Source of the DNA: Candidatus Uhrbacteria bacterium
GTDB lineage: Bacteria > Patescibacteriota > Patescibacteriia > UBA9934 > UBA9568
Assembly: GCA_003497135.1 (NCBI GenBank)
Contig: DNKR01000049.1
Location: forward strand, 2,516-52,010
Direction: 5' to 3'
Length of the DNA: 49,495 nucleotides
Below, piece after piece: positions 38,137 to 46,600 of this stretch. The notes beneath the pieces were generated by a model. The model was given only the letters and a program-made list of their open reading frames with translations. It did not search any database and was not told the DNA's origin. A program made the position numbers and the translations under genes. Each line of letters starts with the position of its first letter. The first letter of the stretch is position 1.

Positions 38137-39567
38137 TTATTGTTTGCTAGTTGTTGAAACAGAAACAGTTTCTGTGTCTGATCCGGATAGCACAAATCCT
38201 GCTTGATTTATTATATCGCCTGTTTCATGCGCTAAAATTGTTTTTGGGTCAACAGAAACAACATTTTCCCAACGCAAGCCATACGATTCAAAAGCACTGC
38301 CGGAAACAACTGGTCTTAATTTACCGTCTGAAACAATATAAACAGAAGGCGAGCTAGAGGACTTAACAAGCAAGCCGTCTCTTAGTTTAACAATATCGCC
38401 TCGCGCATATTGTTCCAGTTCAGCAGGCGATTTTTTAACAATGCTTCTTGCGTCAAAATTAAGATCGAGAATATCGCGTGTAGTTATCGGGTGCTTGACG
38501 CCGTCTCTTACAAACCATACTCCGCCCGTTGAAGAGTCCTGAATTAGCGATCCAACAGGGGATTGAGACAAAGATGTTATTGGATCCCCGGCAACATAGC
38601 CGTCCAAATCTCCGAGATTAACTTCAAGCACTTCGTCCATAGAAAAACCAATTGATCTGAATGCCTCCATGTCAACAATGTGGCGTTTTGCATCATCAAC
38701 AATCAAATATATTGCGCCGCTCGGATCGCGAAGCAGGGAATAATTTTGGAATTTTATTTTCTGGCCATCTGGATAAGCGTTGATTGAAGTATCATCTGCT
38801 TGAACAATCAGATCAGGGTTAAAACGCGACAAAAGAACTGACTTGGAAGTTATCAAGCGCTTTAAGCCGTGCTCAATAAGATAAACCGCGCCGTTTGTTT
38901 TGCTTTGAAGCAAAATGCCGTTTGGAAACATTGGCGCAAACCATGTTGTCCAAATGCGCGCAAAATTTTCGTTTCCGTGCAAGTGCGGAGTGTAGCTGTA
39001 AAGCGAAGCTGTTGCTTTGTTTGCAGGCGCAACAGCAACGCCGTCTATGATAGATGTTTTTCCGGGCGCGAAACCGGCGGTTGTAACGCCGATAATTTCC
39101 AAATCTTTAAAATATCCATCGCGAAATTGCATTGCCGCTGAATTAACTTGTTTAGGAAACCCCTTCCAGCGCTGAATTGACGGTTCGTCATGCGAACAGT
39201 CGTCGCACACCGCATAGCCAGTCGCCCAATCAAGCTGGTCCTGCGACGGACTATCGTCATCAATCAAGCTCTGTTCTTTTTGCAAAAGAACAATCAAAAC
39301 TTTTGGATTGATTACCCATCTTTGCGCTGCTCTCCAGATAATTTCTGCGGAACTGCGCACAGCGCCGTCTATGTCTGTGAATTTTGCATTTGCAAGCGAT
39401 CCGGACAACAGTAATTGCTGGATTCCATTCAGGTCAAGGTCGCTCGCATTTGCAAACTCGCTGTCAGAAACAATAAAATTAGGCGTAAACGAAAACGCGT
39501 TCGCGTTAAGCGGAAAAAATGCTAATTGGCCTGCTATTATCAAAACAAAAATCAGAAATTTATTCAT
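38137..39567 (-). CDS. Secreted protein with an N-terminal globular domain and four tandem ~58-aa repeats
   Basis: Signal peptide MNKFLIFVLIIAGQLAFFPLNANA. Repeats centre on GAVYLIEHGLKRLI, GAIYLIVDDAKRHI, GGVWFVRDGVKHPI and PSVYIVSDGKLRPV (aa ~215-453, nt 38209-38925). Confidence 0.8.
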   Translation of the reverse strand: MNKFLIFVLIIAGQLAFFPLNANAFSFTPNFIVSDSEFANASDLDLNGIQQLLLSGSLANAKFTDIDGAVRSSAEIIWRAAQRWVINPKVLIVLLQKEQSLIDDDSPSQDQLDWATGYAVCDDCSHDEPSIQRWKGFPKQVNSAAMQFRDGYFKDLEIIGVTTAGFAPGKTSIIDGVAVAPANKATASLYSYTPHLHGNENFARIWTTWFAPMFPNGILLQSKTNGAVYLIEHGLKRLITSKSVLLSRFNPDLIVQADDTSINAYPDGQKIKFQNYSLLRDPSGAIYLIVDDAKRHIVDMEAFRSIGFSMDEVLEVNLGDLDGYVAGDPITSLSQSPVGSLIQDSSTGGVWFVRDGVKHPITTRDILDLNFDARSIVKKSPAELEQYARGDIVKLRDGLLVKSSSSPSVYIVSDGKLRPVVSGSAFESYGLRWENVVSVDPKTILAHETGDIINQAGFVLSGSDTETVSVSTTSKQ

Positions 39568-39581
39568 AATTTTCTTATAAA

Positions 39582-39610
39582 ATTATATCAAAAAAATTGC
39601 TTGTGCGCAA
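39582..39610 (-). promoter_or_regulatory. Promoter for the secreted repeat protein (TTGCGC-17 nt-TGaTATAAT)
   Basis: Minus-strand reading shows a perfect TATAAT (39587-39582) with an extended TG, and a 14-nt gap to the ATG. Confidence 0.5.
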
Positions 39611-39613
39611 ACG

Positions 39614-39636
39614 AAAAAGGGCAAATAGCCCTTTTT
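39614..39636 (-). terminator. Rho-independent terminator of clpB (symmetric A/T tracts, so potentially bidirectional)
   Basis: AAAAAGGGC-aaata-GCCCTTTTT, starting 1 nt after the clpB stop codon. Confidence 0.8.
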
Positions 39637-39637
39637 G

Positions 39638-42292
39638 TTATGCAGCGACTTTTACTCTTCGCCTGCTCTTTTTTACAATACTTATATCGCCTTTAATTTC
39701 GTCTATATTTACCGTATCGTTTTCGCGCAAATCGCCTTTGATTATCAATTTTGCAAGCCTGTCCAATATGACTGTTTGAACGACTCTTTTAAGCGGCCGG
39801 GCACCGAACACAGGATCATATCCGCGTTTTGCAATGAATTTTTTGGCTTCATCGGTTACCTCAATTGAAATTCTCTTTTCAGCAAGTCGTTTTTCAACAA
39901 CCCTGATCTGCAAGTCAACTATTTTGCCGATTTGTTCTTCGGTTAGTCCGTGGAATGTGATAATTTCATCAACGCGGTTCAAAAATTCCGGCTTGAATCT
40001 TTCTCGCACAAGTTCTTGTATTTTATCATTAACATACGATTCATCACTCTTATTGCGCCTATCTTCAAAACCAATACCAGATTCCTTACCGGCATTTAAA
40101 AGAAGATCTGATCCGAGGTTTGAGGTCATTATAATAATGGTATTTTTAAAATTGACTTTTCTGCCTTTTGCATCAGTAAGGTGACCGTCGTCCAAAATCT
40201 GCAAAAGCATATTGAATGTGTCAGGATGCGCTTTTTCTATTTCATCAAACAGCACAACGCTGTACGGCTTTCGACGGATTGTTTCTGTTAACTGGCCTCC
40301 CTCGTCATACCCGACATAGCCGGGAGGGGAGCCGATCATTTTACTTGTAGCGTGCTTTTCCATGTACTCGCTCATATCAAGACGCACAAGCGCGTTTTCG
40401 TCGTTAAACATGAATTCAGCAAGCGAACGGGCAAGTTCTGTTTTTCCAACGCCGGTAGGGCCAAGAAATATAAACGATCCTATTGGGCGCTTTTCTTCTC
40501 CGATCCCGGAACGGGACCTGCGAAGCGCGTTTGAAACAGCAGCAACGGCTTGTTCTTGCCCTATAACGCGTTCTGATAATTTTTCCTCCATGAACTCAAG
40601 CTTTTGAAGCTCGCTTTCAAGCATTTTCGAAACCGGAATGTTTGTCCAACGCGAAACAATCATTGCAATGTCTTCTTCTGTGATGACTTCTTTTAATATT
40701 CCGCGATCGCGTTGCAATTTCGCAAGATTGCTTTCTGTGTTCTTGAGCTGTTTATTCAACATTGGAATTCTGCCGTACCGCAATTCAGCGACTTTTTGCA
40801 GATCGCCTTTACGCTCTTCTATTTCTGCCTGGCCTTTTAGATTTTCAATCTGCTTTTTTAAATCCCTAATTTGAGTAATAAGATTTTTTTCATTGCCCCA
40901 GCGCATCTCAAGCTCGCGTTCTTTTTCAGTGATATCAGCAAGGGATTTTTCTATGTCTTTCAAACGGCTTTTTGAGTCAGCGTCTTCTTCTTTAAGAAGC
41001 GCTTGTCGTTCTATTTCAAAGCGCTTTATGTCCCTTTTTAACTTGTCTAAATCCTCTGGCATTGAATCAATCTGCAATCTCAAAGCAGAAGCTGCTTCGT
41101 CAACCAAATCAACCGCCTTGTCCGGCAAATGCCTGTCTGTAATATACCGTGCGGAAAGTTCTGCTGCAGCAACGATTGATGGATCAGAAATTCTGACACC
41201 ATGATGAACTTCGTATTTTTCTTTAATGCCGCGCAAAATCGCAATCGTGTCCTCAACAGTCGGCTCATCAACAAAAACCGGCTGGAACCTGCGCTCAAGA
41301 GCGGGATCTTTTTCTATATATTTTTGGAACTCTTTAAGAGTTGTTGCTCCGATTGCTCTAAGTTCGCCGCGTGCAAGAGCCGGCTTTAACATATTTGACG
41401 CGTCTAGCGTTCCGCCTTCTGATGTTCCAGCGCCAACAAGCATGTGAAGCTCGTCAACGAACAAAATCATGCGTCCGTCTGCTTCTTTGATTTCTTTTAA
41501 AAATGCCTTGAGACGGTCTTCAAATTCGCCCCTGTACTTTGTGCCGGCGACCATTGAACCAATGTCCATTGAAATAAGCTCTTTGTCTTTTAATGACTCC
41601 GGAACATCGCCCTGCGCAATCCGCTGCGCCAAACCCTCAACAACGGCAGTTTTACCGACTCCCGCCTCTCCGATAAGAACAGGATTGTTTTTTGTGCGGC
41701 GCGAAAGAACCTGCATCAGACGCCTGATTTCTGCATCGCGCCCGATAATTGGATCAAGCTTTTCGTTTCTTGCCATGTCAGTAAGATTCGTGGAATACTT
41801 TGCAAGAACTTGATATTTGTTTTCCGGTTCAGGAGAATCTACCTTTTGATTTCCTCGGATGTCTTTTAGAACTTTTAAAATATCGTCCTCGCGAGCGCCA
41901 AACTCTTCAAGCAAGCGGCGAATATCAGGATCAGCAAGCAAACCAAGCAAAAGGTGCTCGGTTGAAATATATTCATCTTTAAATGACTTTGCGATTCTGT
42001 GCGCTGCTGCAAGCACGCGATTCATGCGCTGTGAAACATACATTTGCGCGAATCCGCCGAATCCTCCACTTGTTTTTGGAAGGTCGTGAAGAATGTGATC
42101 AATCTCATCTGCAAGATCATCAAATTCAACTTCAAGTTTGTCAAAAATTGTTAATACTATGCTCTCTTCTTGCGAAAGCAGAGCCGCAAGCAAGTGTATC
42201 GGCTCAAGCGCCTGCTGTCCGCCTTCTACTGCTATATTGTGAGCATGTTGCAGGGCTTCTTGCGATCTGTGTGTAAAATTATTTGGTTGCAT
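39638..42292 (-). CDS. clpB: AAA+ disaggregase ClpB
   Basis: 884 aa with a Clp N-domain, two Walker A sites (GEAGVGKTA and GPTGVGKTE), and a long middle coiled coil between the NBDs. Confidence 0.97.
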   Translation of the reverse strand: MQPNNFTHRSQEALQHAHNIAVEGGQQALEPIHLLAALLSQEESIVLTIFDKLEVEFDDLADEIDHILHDLPKTSGGFGGFAQMYVSQRMNRVLAAAHRIAKSFKDEYISTEHLLLGLLADPDIRRLLEEFGAREDDILKVLKDIRGNQKVDSPEPENKYQVLAKYSTNLTDMARNEKLDPIIGRDAEIRRLMQVLSRRTKNNPVLIGEAGVGKTAVVEGLAQRIAQGDVPESLKDKELISMDIGSMVAGTKYRGEFEDRLKAFLKEIKEADGRMILFVDELHMLVGAGTSEGGTLDASNMLKPALARGELRAIGATTLKEFQKYIEKDPALERRFQPVFVDEPTVEDTIAILRGIKEKYEVHHGVRISDPSIVAAAELSARYITDRHLPDKAVDLVDEAASALRLQIDSMPEDLDKLKRDIKRFEIERQALLKEEDADSKSRLKDIEKSLADITEKERELEMRWGNEKNLITQIRDLKKQIENLKGQAEIEERKGDLQKVAELRYGRIPMLNKQLKNTESNLAKLQRDRGILKEVITEEDIAMIVSRWTNIPVSKMLESELQKLEFMEEKLSERVIGQEQAVAAVSNALRRSRSGIGEEKRPIGSFIFLGPTGVGKTELARSLAEFMFNDENALVRLDMSEYMEKHATSKMIGSPPGYVGYDEGGQLTETIRRKPYSVVLFDEIEKAHPDTFNMLLQILDDGHLTDAKGRKVNFKNTIIIMTSNLGSDLLLNAGKESGIGFEDRRNKSDESYVNDKIQELVRERFKPEFLNRVDEIITFHGLTEEQIGKIVDLQIRVVEKRLAEKRISIEVTDEAKKFIAKRGYDPVFGARPLKRVVQTVILDRLAKLIIKGDLRENDTVNIDEIKGDISIVKKSRRRVKVAA

Positions 42293-42302
42293 AATTCAAT
42301 AA

Positions 42303-42343
42303 TTAGCACTCTCAATTGTAGTCTGCTAATTTGATTTTGTCAA
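42303..42343 (-). promoter_or_regulatory. clpB promoter (TTGACA-17 nt-TACAAT) overlapping a CIRCE-like HrcA operator
   Basis: Plus strand 42303-42329 reads TTAGCACTC-N9-GTCTGCTAA, against the consensus TTAGCACTC-N9-GAGTGCTAA (2 mismatches in one arm). On the minus strand the -35 is at 42343-42338, and the -10 at 42320-42315 sits in the CIRCE spacer. Confidence 0.75.
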
Positions 42344-42480
42344 ACAAGTTATTGACAGGCATTGACTTTTCGGCAATTTTCTGCAAATATGCCTTACGAG
42401 GCCGCTTTCAACCAAAGGTCAGCCAACCCTGGAAGTACCCGGGGAGGTCAGCCGGCGGCTAGTCAAGGAGGGTCAGCCGC

Positions 42481-43089
42481 ATGGCAAGCCCCAATAGCCT
42501 CGCGCGACTTACGCGCGGCGATGAAATGCAGTTCTTCCTCAATCTCCAAAAAGCGGGATTCACACTCGAAGACATCCTCAAGCTCAACAGGAACCCAAGA
42601 GTGCTCGAGTCGATGCGGACAGGAATGCTCAACGATCCGAAATTCCAGACCCTAATCGACTGCGATGCTGCTCCGTACTGCCCGGGCGATTTGGAGATCA
42701 GAGCAAAGGATCAGCCCAAGTGCCGGGTGCGCGGGGAACTTGAATTCGACCCGTCAAAGGTCGCGCTCCACCTCGACGGTAGCCAGAAGAACGGGAAGCA
42801 AATCATCGGCAGAAAGTTGCTCAAGCTGCTTAAAAACCAAACAGTGGCTCTCCCTGCTAATGTCCTGGAACACCTCCTCGCCAACACGAACCTCATACCC
42901 GAGTCGTGGAAGCAGGATGAGTTGGGTCAAACCTTGGTTATTCACTTCTGTGGCACCATCTATAGTGATTCTATTGGTGGTCTGTATGTTCGGTCCCTGC
43001 GCTTTCTCAACAACCAGTGGGGCCAATACTACAGCTGTCTTGACCACTACTTCGGCGATGCTGGCCCAGCCGCGATCCTCATACCATAG
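42481..43089 (+). CDS. Hypothetical 202-aa protein encoded in a GC-rich island; no family recognised
   Basis: AAGGAGGG lies 8 nt upstream of the ATG. Of the three overlapping open frames here, only this one has a protein-like composition. It is followed by GC-rich hairpins. Confidence 0.7.
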   Translation: MASPNSLARLTRGDEMQFFLNLQKAGFTLEDILKLNRNPRVLESMRTGMLNDPKFQTLIDCDAAPYCPGDLEIRAKDQPKCRVRGELEFDPSKVALHLDGSQKNGKQIIGRKLLKLLKNQTVALPANVLEHLLANTNLIPESWKQDELGQTLVIHFCGTIYSDSIGGLYVRSLRFLNNQWGQYYSCLDHYFGDAGPAAILIP

Positions 43090-43105
43090 CCACGCTCTAG
43101 CTCTC

Positions 43106-43125
43106 GGCCAGTCTGCTAGCTGGCC
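43106..43125 (+). terminator. Hairpin GGCCAG-tctgctag-CTGGCC just after the island ORF
   Basis: 6-bp GC stem read directly. There is no U-tract. An alternative GCTAG/CTAGC pairing overlaps it. Confidence 0.35.
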
Positions 43126-43150
43126 CTAGCCGCGTCTGATGAAACGATCC

Positions 43151-43186
43151 AGAAGGGTCGCTCTCTCGGGTGCGGCTCTTCTGTTT
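43151..43186 (+). terminator. Putative terminator closing the GC-rich island
   Basis: AGAAGGGTCGC / GCGGCTCTTCT gives an 11-bp stem (two G-U pairs) with a 10-nt loop, followed by GTTT and the switch to AT-rich DNA. Confidence 0.45.
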
Positions 43187-43331
43187 AAATACTAGCGAAA
43201 ATAAGAAAAAAATGTTAAAATTCGACAATACTTAGGTTATTTTTGCAATAAACATACCAGATCATGTCGAATATTAAATTGAACGCGTGCAAAACGAAGT
43301 ATGCGTTTTTAGTCAGTTGAATATTTTGAAT

Positions 43332-44084
43332 ATGGATACGATCAAAATTTGCGGAATAATAATAAGCAATATAAGCCGCGCAATGTTGCGTGATTTTATA
43401 TTACAATATTTAAATTCAAACAATCAACATTTTATTGTTACTCCAAATCCAGAAATGATAGTCGCTTCACGCAATAAACAAGATTTTTCATCAGTGCTCA
43501 ACAACGCCGATCTTTCAATCCCGGACGGAGTCGGACTGATGATTGCGTCGCGTTTTGTAAAAAACGGCCCATTAAAAGAAAGAATAACAGGGAACGATCT
43601 TGTGAGCGAACTTTCTCAAATCGCTTTTGCGCAAGGAAAGAGGATCTTATTGCTCGGAGGAGGTAAAGGGGTTGCAGAAAAGGCAGCAGAAGCATTGCGT
43701 AAAAATTTTCAAGGCATTGAGGTAATCGGTATTGCCGGCGGAAGATTCAATCCTATAACAGGGGAATTCGAGTCAAACACAGAAGTTGTCCAACAAATTA
43801 ACAATTTTAAGCCAAGCATACTCACGGTTTCTCTTGGCCACGAAAAACAAGAACAATGGATACACAATAATTTATCAAAACTTCCAAGCGTAAAAATAGC
43901 AGCAGGCGTCGGCGGCGCAATAGATTTTATGGCCGGAACAGTACCTCGCGCGCCGATCTTGATGCAAAGAGCTGGGATTGAATGGCTCTGGCGCCTCTGG
44001 CGCGAACCAAAACGATACAAGCGAATCTTTGACGCGGTTTGCGTATTTCCTTTAATTTTTATAAAATGCAAGCTATATGATTAA
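43332..44084 (+). CDS. tagA: WecB/TagA/CpsF-family glycosyltransferase
   Basis: TPNPEMIV, LSIPDGVGL, LLGG..GVAEKAA, GHEKQEQWI and the C-terminal GIEWLWRLWREPKRYKR. Confidence 0.88.
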   Translation: MDTIKICGIIISNISRAMLRDFILQYLNSNNQHFIVTPNPEMIVASRNKQDFSSVLNNADLSIPDGVGLMIASRFVKNGPLKERITGNDLVSELSQIAFAQGKRILLLGGGKGVAEKAAEALRKNFQGIEVIGIAGGRFNPITGEFESNTEVVQQINNFKPSILTVSLGHEKQEQWIHNNLSKLPSVKIAAGVGGAIDFMAGTVPRAPILMQRAGIEWLWRLWREPKRYKRIFDAVCVFPLIFIKCKLYD

Positions 44085-44430
44085 TGAAATAGTCATAATA
44101 CAAAATCCTGTAGATAAGCAGGAAGTAGCAATTCATGCTGAAAACACTTTTGGCGACTTTGTAAAAGCAGTCGTTGATATAAAAAAAGAAATCATGGCTG
44201 TTGGCGGCGAACTTCACGCGGATGAGGAGGCGTTACTGCTTGAATCCGGTTCAGAGCAAAATGATCTTTGGGGAATAAACATTTATGTTGATTTACCTGA
44301 GGAAAAAATGCTTGAATTTGATTCAATGATAAATATCAGGCCAAAACAAAATAATCGTTCGCGCGGAGTCGAAAACGAGGCAATACGAGAAAAAATAATT
44401 GCTGTCGTTAATAATCTTATAAAGAAATAA
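44077..44430 (+). CDS. Hypothetical 117-aa protein (resembles DUF5674 from memory)
   Basis: It overlaps the tagA end by 8 nt. Motifs AVVDIKKEIMAVGGELHADEEALLLESGSEQNDLWGINIY and NIRP.QNNRS. The family assignment is unverified. Confidence 0.6.
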   Translation: MINEIVIIQNPVDKQEVAIHAENTFGDFVKAVVDIKKEIMAVGGELHADEEALLLESGSEQNDLWGINIYVDLPEEKMLEFDSMINIRPKQNNRSRGVENEAIREKIIAVVNNLIKK

Positions 44431-44433
44431 TTT

Positions 44434-44775
44434 ATGCCGGCTATACATAGCGACTTGGCAGCCGGCCGTTGGCATAAGCTGACTTTAATGGAACAGCTTG
44501 GCAACATCGGAAGCGAAGTCGGCCGAGCCGCAAATTGGCAGGGGAGAGATGAAAAATTATTTAACGGAGCCGTTGATCGAGCCCTTGAACTTTTTGATCT
44601 GACGCTTGCTGATCCGCGCTGGATAGAAAAAAAACGGCTTAAAGAAATTGGCATAGCAAAAGATGTCTTTGCCGACGGCGTGCATGGCGGTCATGATTAC
44701 AACACAAATCTGAAAGATCTTGAAAAATACTTTTATCCGTTTGCCTTAGCGGCTCGCGCTAATATACAATCATAA
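44434..44775 (+). CDS. Hypothetical 113-aa, probably all-helical protein
   Basis: It starts 3 nt after the previous stop. Motif EQLGNIGSEVGRAANW. No family was recognised. Confidence 0.6.
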   Translation: MPAIHSDLAAGRWHKLTLMEQLGNIGSEVGRAANWQGRDEKLFNGAVDRALELFDLTLADPRWIEKKRLKEIGIAKDVFADGVHGGHDYNTNLKDLEKYFYPFALAARANIQS

Positions 44776-44780
44776 TTCTT

Positions 44781-46529
44781 ATGTCCCACACCCCAAACTA
44801 CGATTCCAAAGTCAAAGCCATTCTCGACGCGACAAAGCCGAGCGAGCGAGTTTGCGCTCTTACGGGCGAAAAATGGTTCATGGACGAGGAGGAAATCGCG
44901 TGGTACAAAAAGATTAATGTGCCGCCAGCAACGGTGTCACCATACACACGGGCTTGTTTAACTTATGCATGGGGAATAGGAGTGCAGTGGTGGTGGAATA
45001 AAGATTCACGAACCGGAAAACCACTACTTACATACATACACCCATCAACTGGTTACAAAGTTATGACCGATAATGACTGGTATTCTTGTGACTTTAGCCA
45101 AATTAATTATGAGATTAATTCAAACACACCAGTTCTTGAACAATTTCACAAATTATTATTAGAGATACCATTTCTGGCATCGCGAAACATGGTACAACCG
45201 ATTCGATCAATCGCAATGACTTCTGTTGGTGATCAAGATAGTTATTTTGTTACTGGTTGCAAATCTAAAAATGTTTTGTTTTCAACCGTTTCTTCTGAAG
45301 CGGAACAAAGTTCGGAACTTTATCAAAGCAAGTTTGTTACAGATTCGTTCAACATTGTTCATTCACGAAATATTCATAATTGCAAATACCTTCGCGAAAG
45401 TTCCGACTGCATAAACTGTTCGTTTTTGTTTGATTCGCATAATTGTGAGAATTGCTTCGGGGGAACAAACCTAAGGAACAGAAAATTTATATTTTTCAAT
45501 AAACAGCTTTCAGAACAAGAATATAATGAACAGATAAAAAACATTAACTTATCTTGCAGAAGCGAATTTGAAAAACAGTTAAACGATTTTGCTAAACTGA
45601 TGAAAACCGACACAATTTGGCCGGAAAATTTTAATGAAAACACAATTGAAAGCAGTGGTGAGTATCTAAAAGGTAGCATTAATTGCAAATCTTGTTATTT
45701 TGCAGAAAAGCTTCGCGATAGCGACGATTGCACATTCATGTTTCATATACCATCAGAATCGTGCTATTGCGTTCATGGAAGTGTTGGTGTTACAAATTGT
45801 TATTATTCAATTACACTAAAGTCTTCTGCAAATGTTCTCTTTAGTAATATCGTGGTTGACTCTCAAAATTTGGAATATTGTTTTAGTTGCTACTCCTGCA
45901 ATAATTGTTTTGGATGCGTTGGATTAAACCATAAATCTTTTTGTATTTTTAATAAGCAATATTCAGAAGATGAATACTGGAAAAAACTTGACGAAATAAA
46001 ATGTAAAATGCTTGAAGAAAATGACTACGGAAATTATGTGCCTGCAAAATGGTCAACAGGTTACATTCCAGAATCCCCAGTTGGAACTTTTATGTTAGGG
46101 GACATGAAAATAATTAAACAGATCGGCTCAAATATTTTTAACCCAAATGAGAACAATGCAACCGGAATTGAACTGGATCTAGCAAAAGAAGCAGTTAACA
46201 TAAGCGACATTCCTGATTGCATTGAAAAAATTGATATTGATATAAATGAATGGATTGGTAGGCCAATTTTTGACCCAGATTTAAACAGGCGCTTTGCTTA
46301 TATACGCCCAGAACTGGAATTTTACAAAAAGCATGAAATATTTCCACCAAACAAGCATTTTATTTCTCGCATGAAAAAACTATATTTTGGAGCAAATTCC
46401 TACAAATTTGAAGACTCGAAATGTAAAAAATGCAATAAAAGCATTATTGTTGCGAAAAACGCTGAATTTTCAGAACGAAATATTTATTGTAAACAATGCT
46501 ACCTAGAATATATTGAGCAAAACGGATAG
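44781..46529 (+). CDS. 582-aa cysteine-repeat protein of unknown function with a C-terminal CxxC...CxxC zinc ribbon
   Basis: Two Cys-rich modules (aa ~155-250 and ~295-400), each ending C.NCFG..(G)L..K.F.IFNKQ.SE.EY. An E.(W/F)YKK...PP motif occurs near both termini. CKKC...CKQC lies at the C-terminus. Confidence 0.8.
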   Translation: MSHTPNYDSKVKAILDATKPSERVCALTGEKWFMDEEEIAWYKKINVPPATVSPYTRACLTYAWGIGVQWWWNKDSRTGKPLLTYIHPSTGYKVMTDNDWYSCDFSQINYEINSNTPVLEQFHKLLLEIPFLASRNMVQPIRSIAMTSVGDQDSYFVTGCKSKNVLFSTVSSEAEQSSELYQSKFVTDSFNIVHSRNIHNCKYLRESSDCINCSFLFDSHNCENCFGGTNLRNRKFIFFNKQLSEQEYNEQIKNINLSCRSEFEKQLNDFAKLMKTDTIWPENFNENTIESSGEYLKGSINCKSCYFAEKLRDSDDCTFMFHIPSESCYCVHGSVGVTNCYYSITLKSSANVLFSNIVVDSQNLEYCFSCYSCNNCFGCVGLNHKSFCIFNKQYSEDEYWKKLDEIKCKMLEENDYGNYVPAKWSTGYIPESPVGTFMLGDMKIIKQIGSNIFNPNENNATGIELDLAKEAVNISDIPDCIEKIDIDINEWIGRPIFDPDLNRRFAYIRPELEFYKKHEIFPPNKHFISRMKKLYFGANSYKFEDSKCKKCNKSIIVAKNAEFSERNIYCKQCYLEYIEQNG

Positions 46530-46600
46530 AATCTTGGCTTTGTTGCGCTAATTGTTTGCTCTTTTGACATGACATCAAGAAAAACCACAAGAAAAACCAT

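Noticed and set aside
42375-42389. Imperfect direct repeat AATTTTCTGCAAATA versus TATTTTTGCAATAAA (43238-43252) flanking the GC-rich island, considered as att-like sites.
   Set aside because: The match is AT-rich, needs an indel, and is short enough to arise by chance in AT-rich intergenic DNA. No recombinase gene is nearby.
42417-42478. Possible SRP (4.5S) RNA, because of GGTCAG / GGAAG / AGCC strings.
   Set aside because: There is no GNRA-closed helix with the conserved symmetric and asymmetric loops. No complementary 3' strand exists for GGTCAGCC. The region runs directly into an SD and start codon.
42362-42655. 97-aa ORF (and the 154-aa ORF at 42665-43129) overlapping the island gene in other frames.
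   Set aside because: The Ser/Arg-rich low-complexity translations are typical of off-frame reading of GC-rich DNA. Neither has an SD. The 42481 frame is the only protein-like one.
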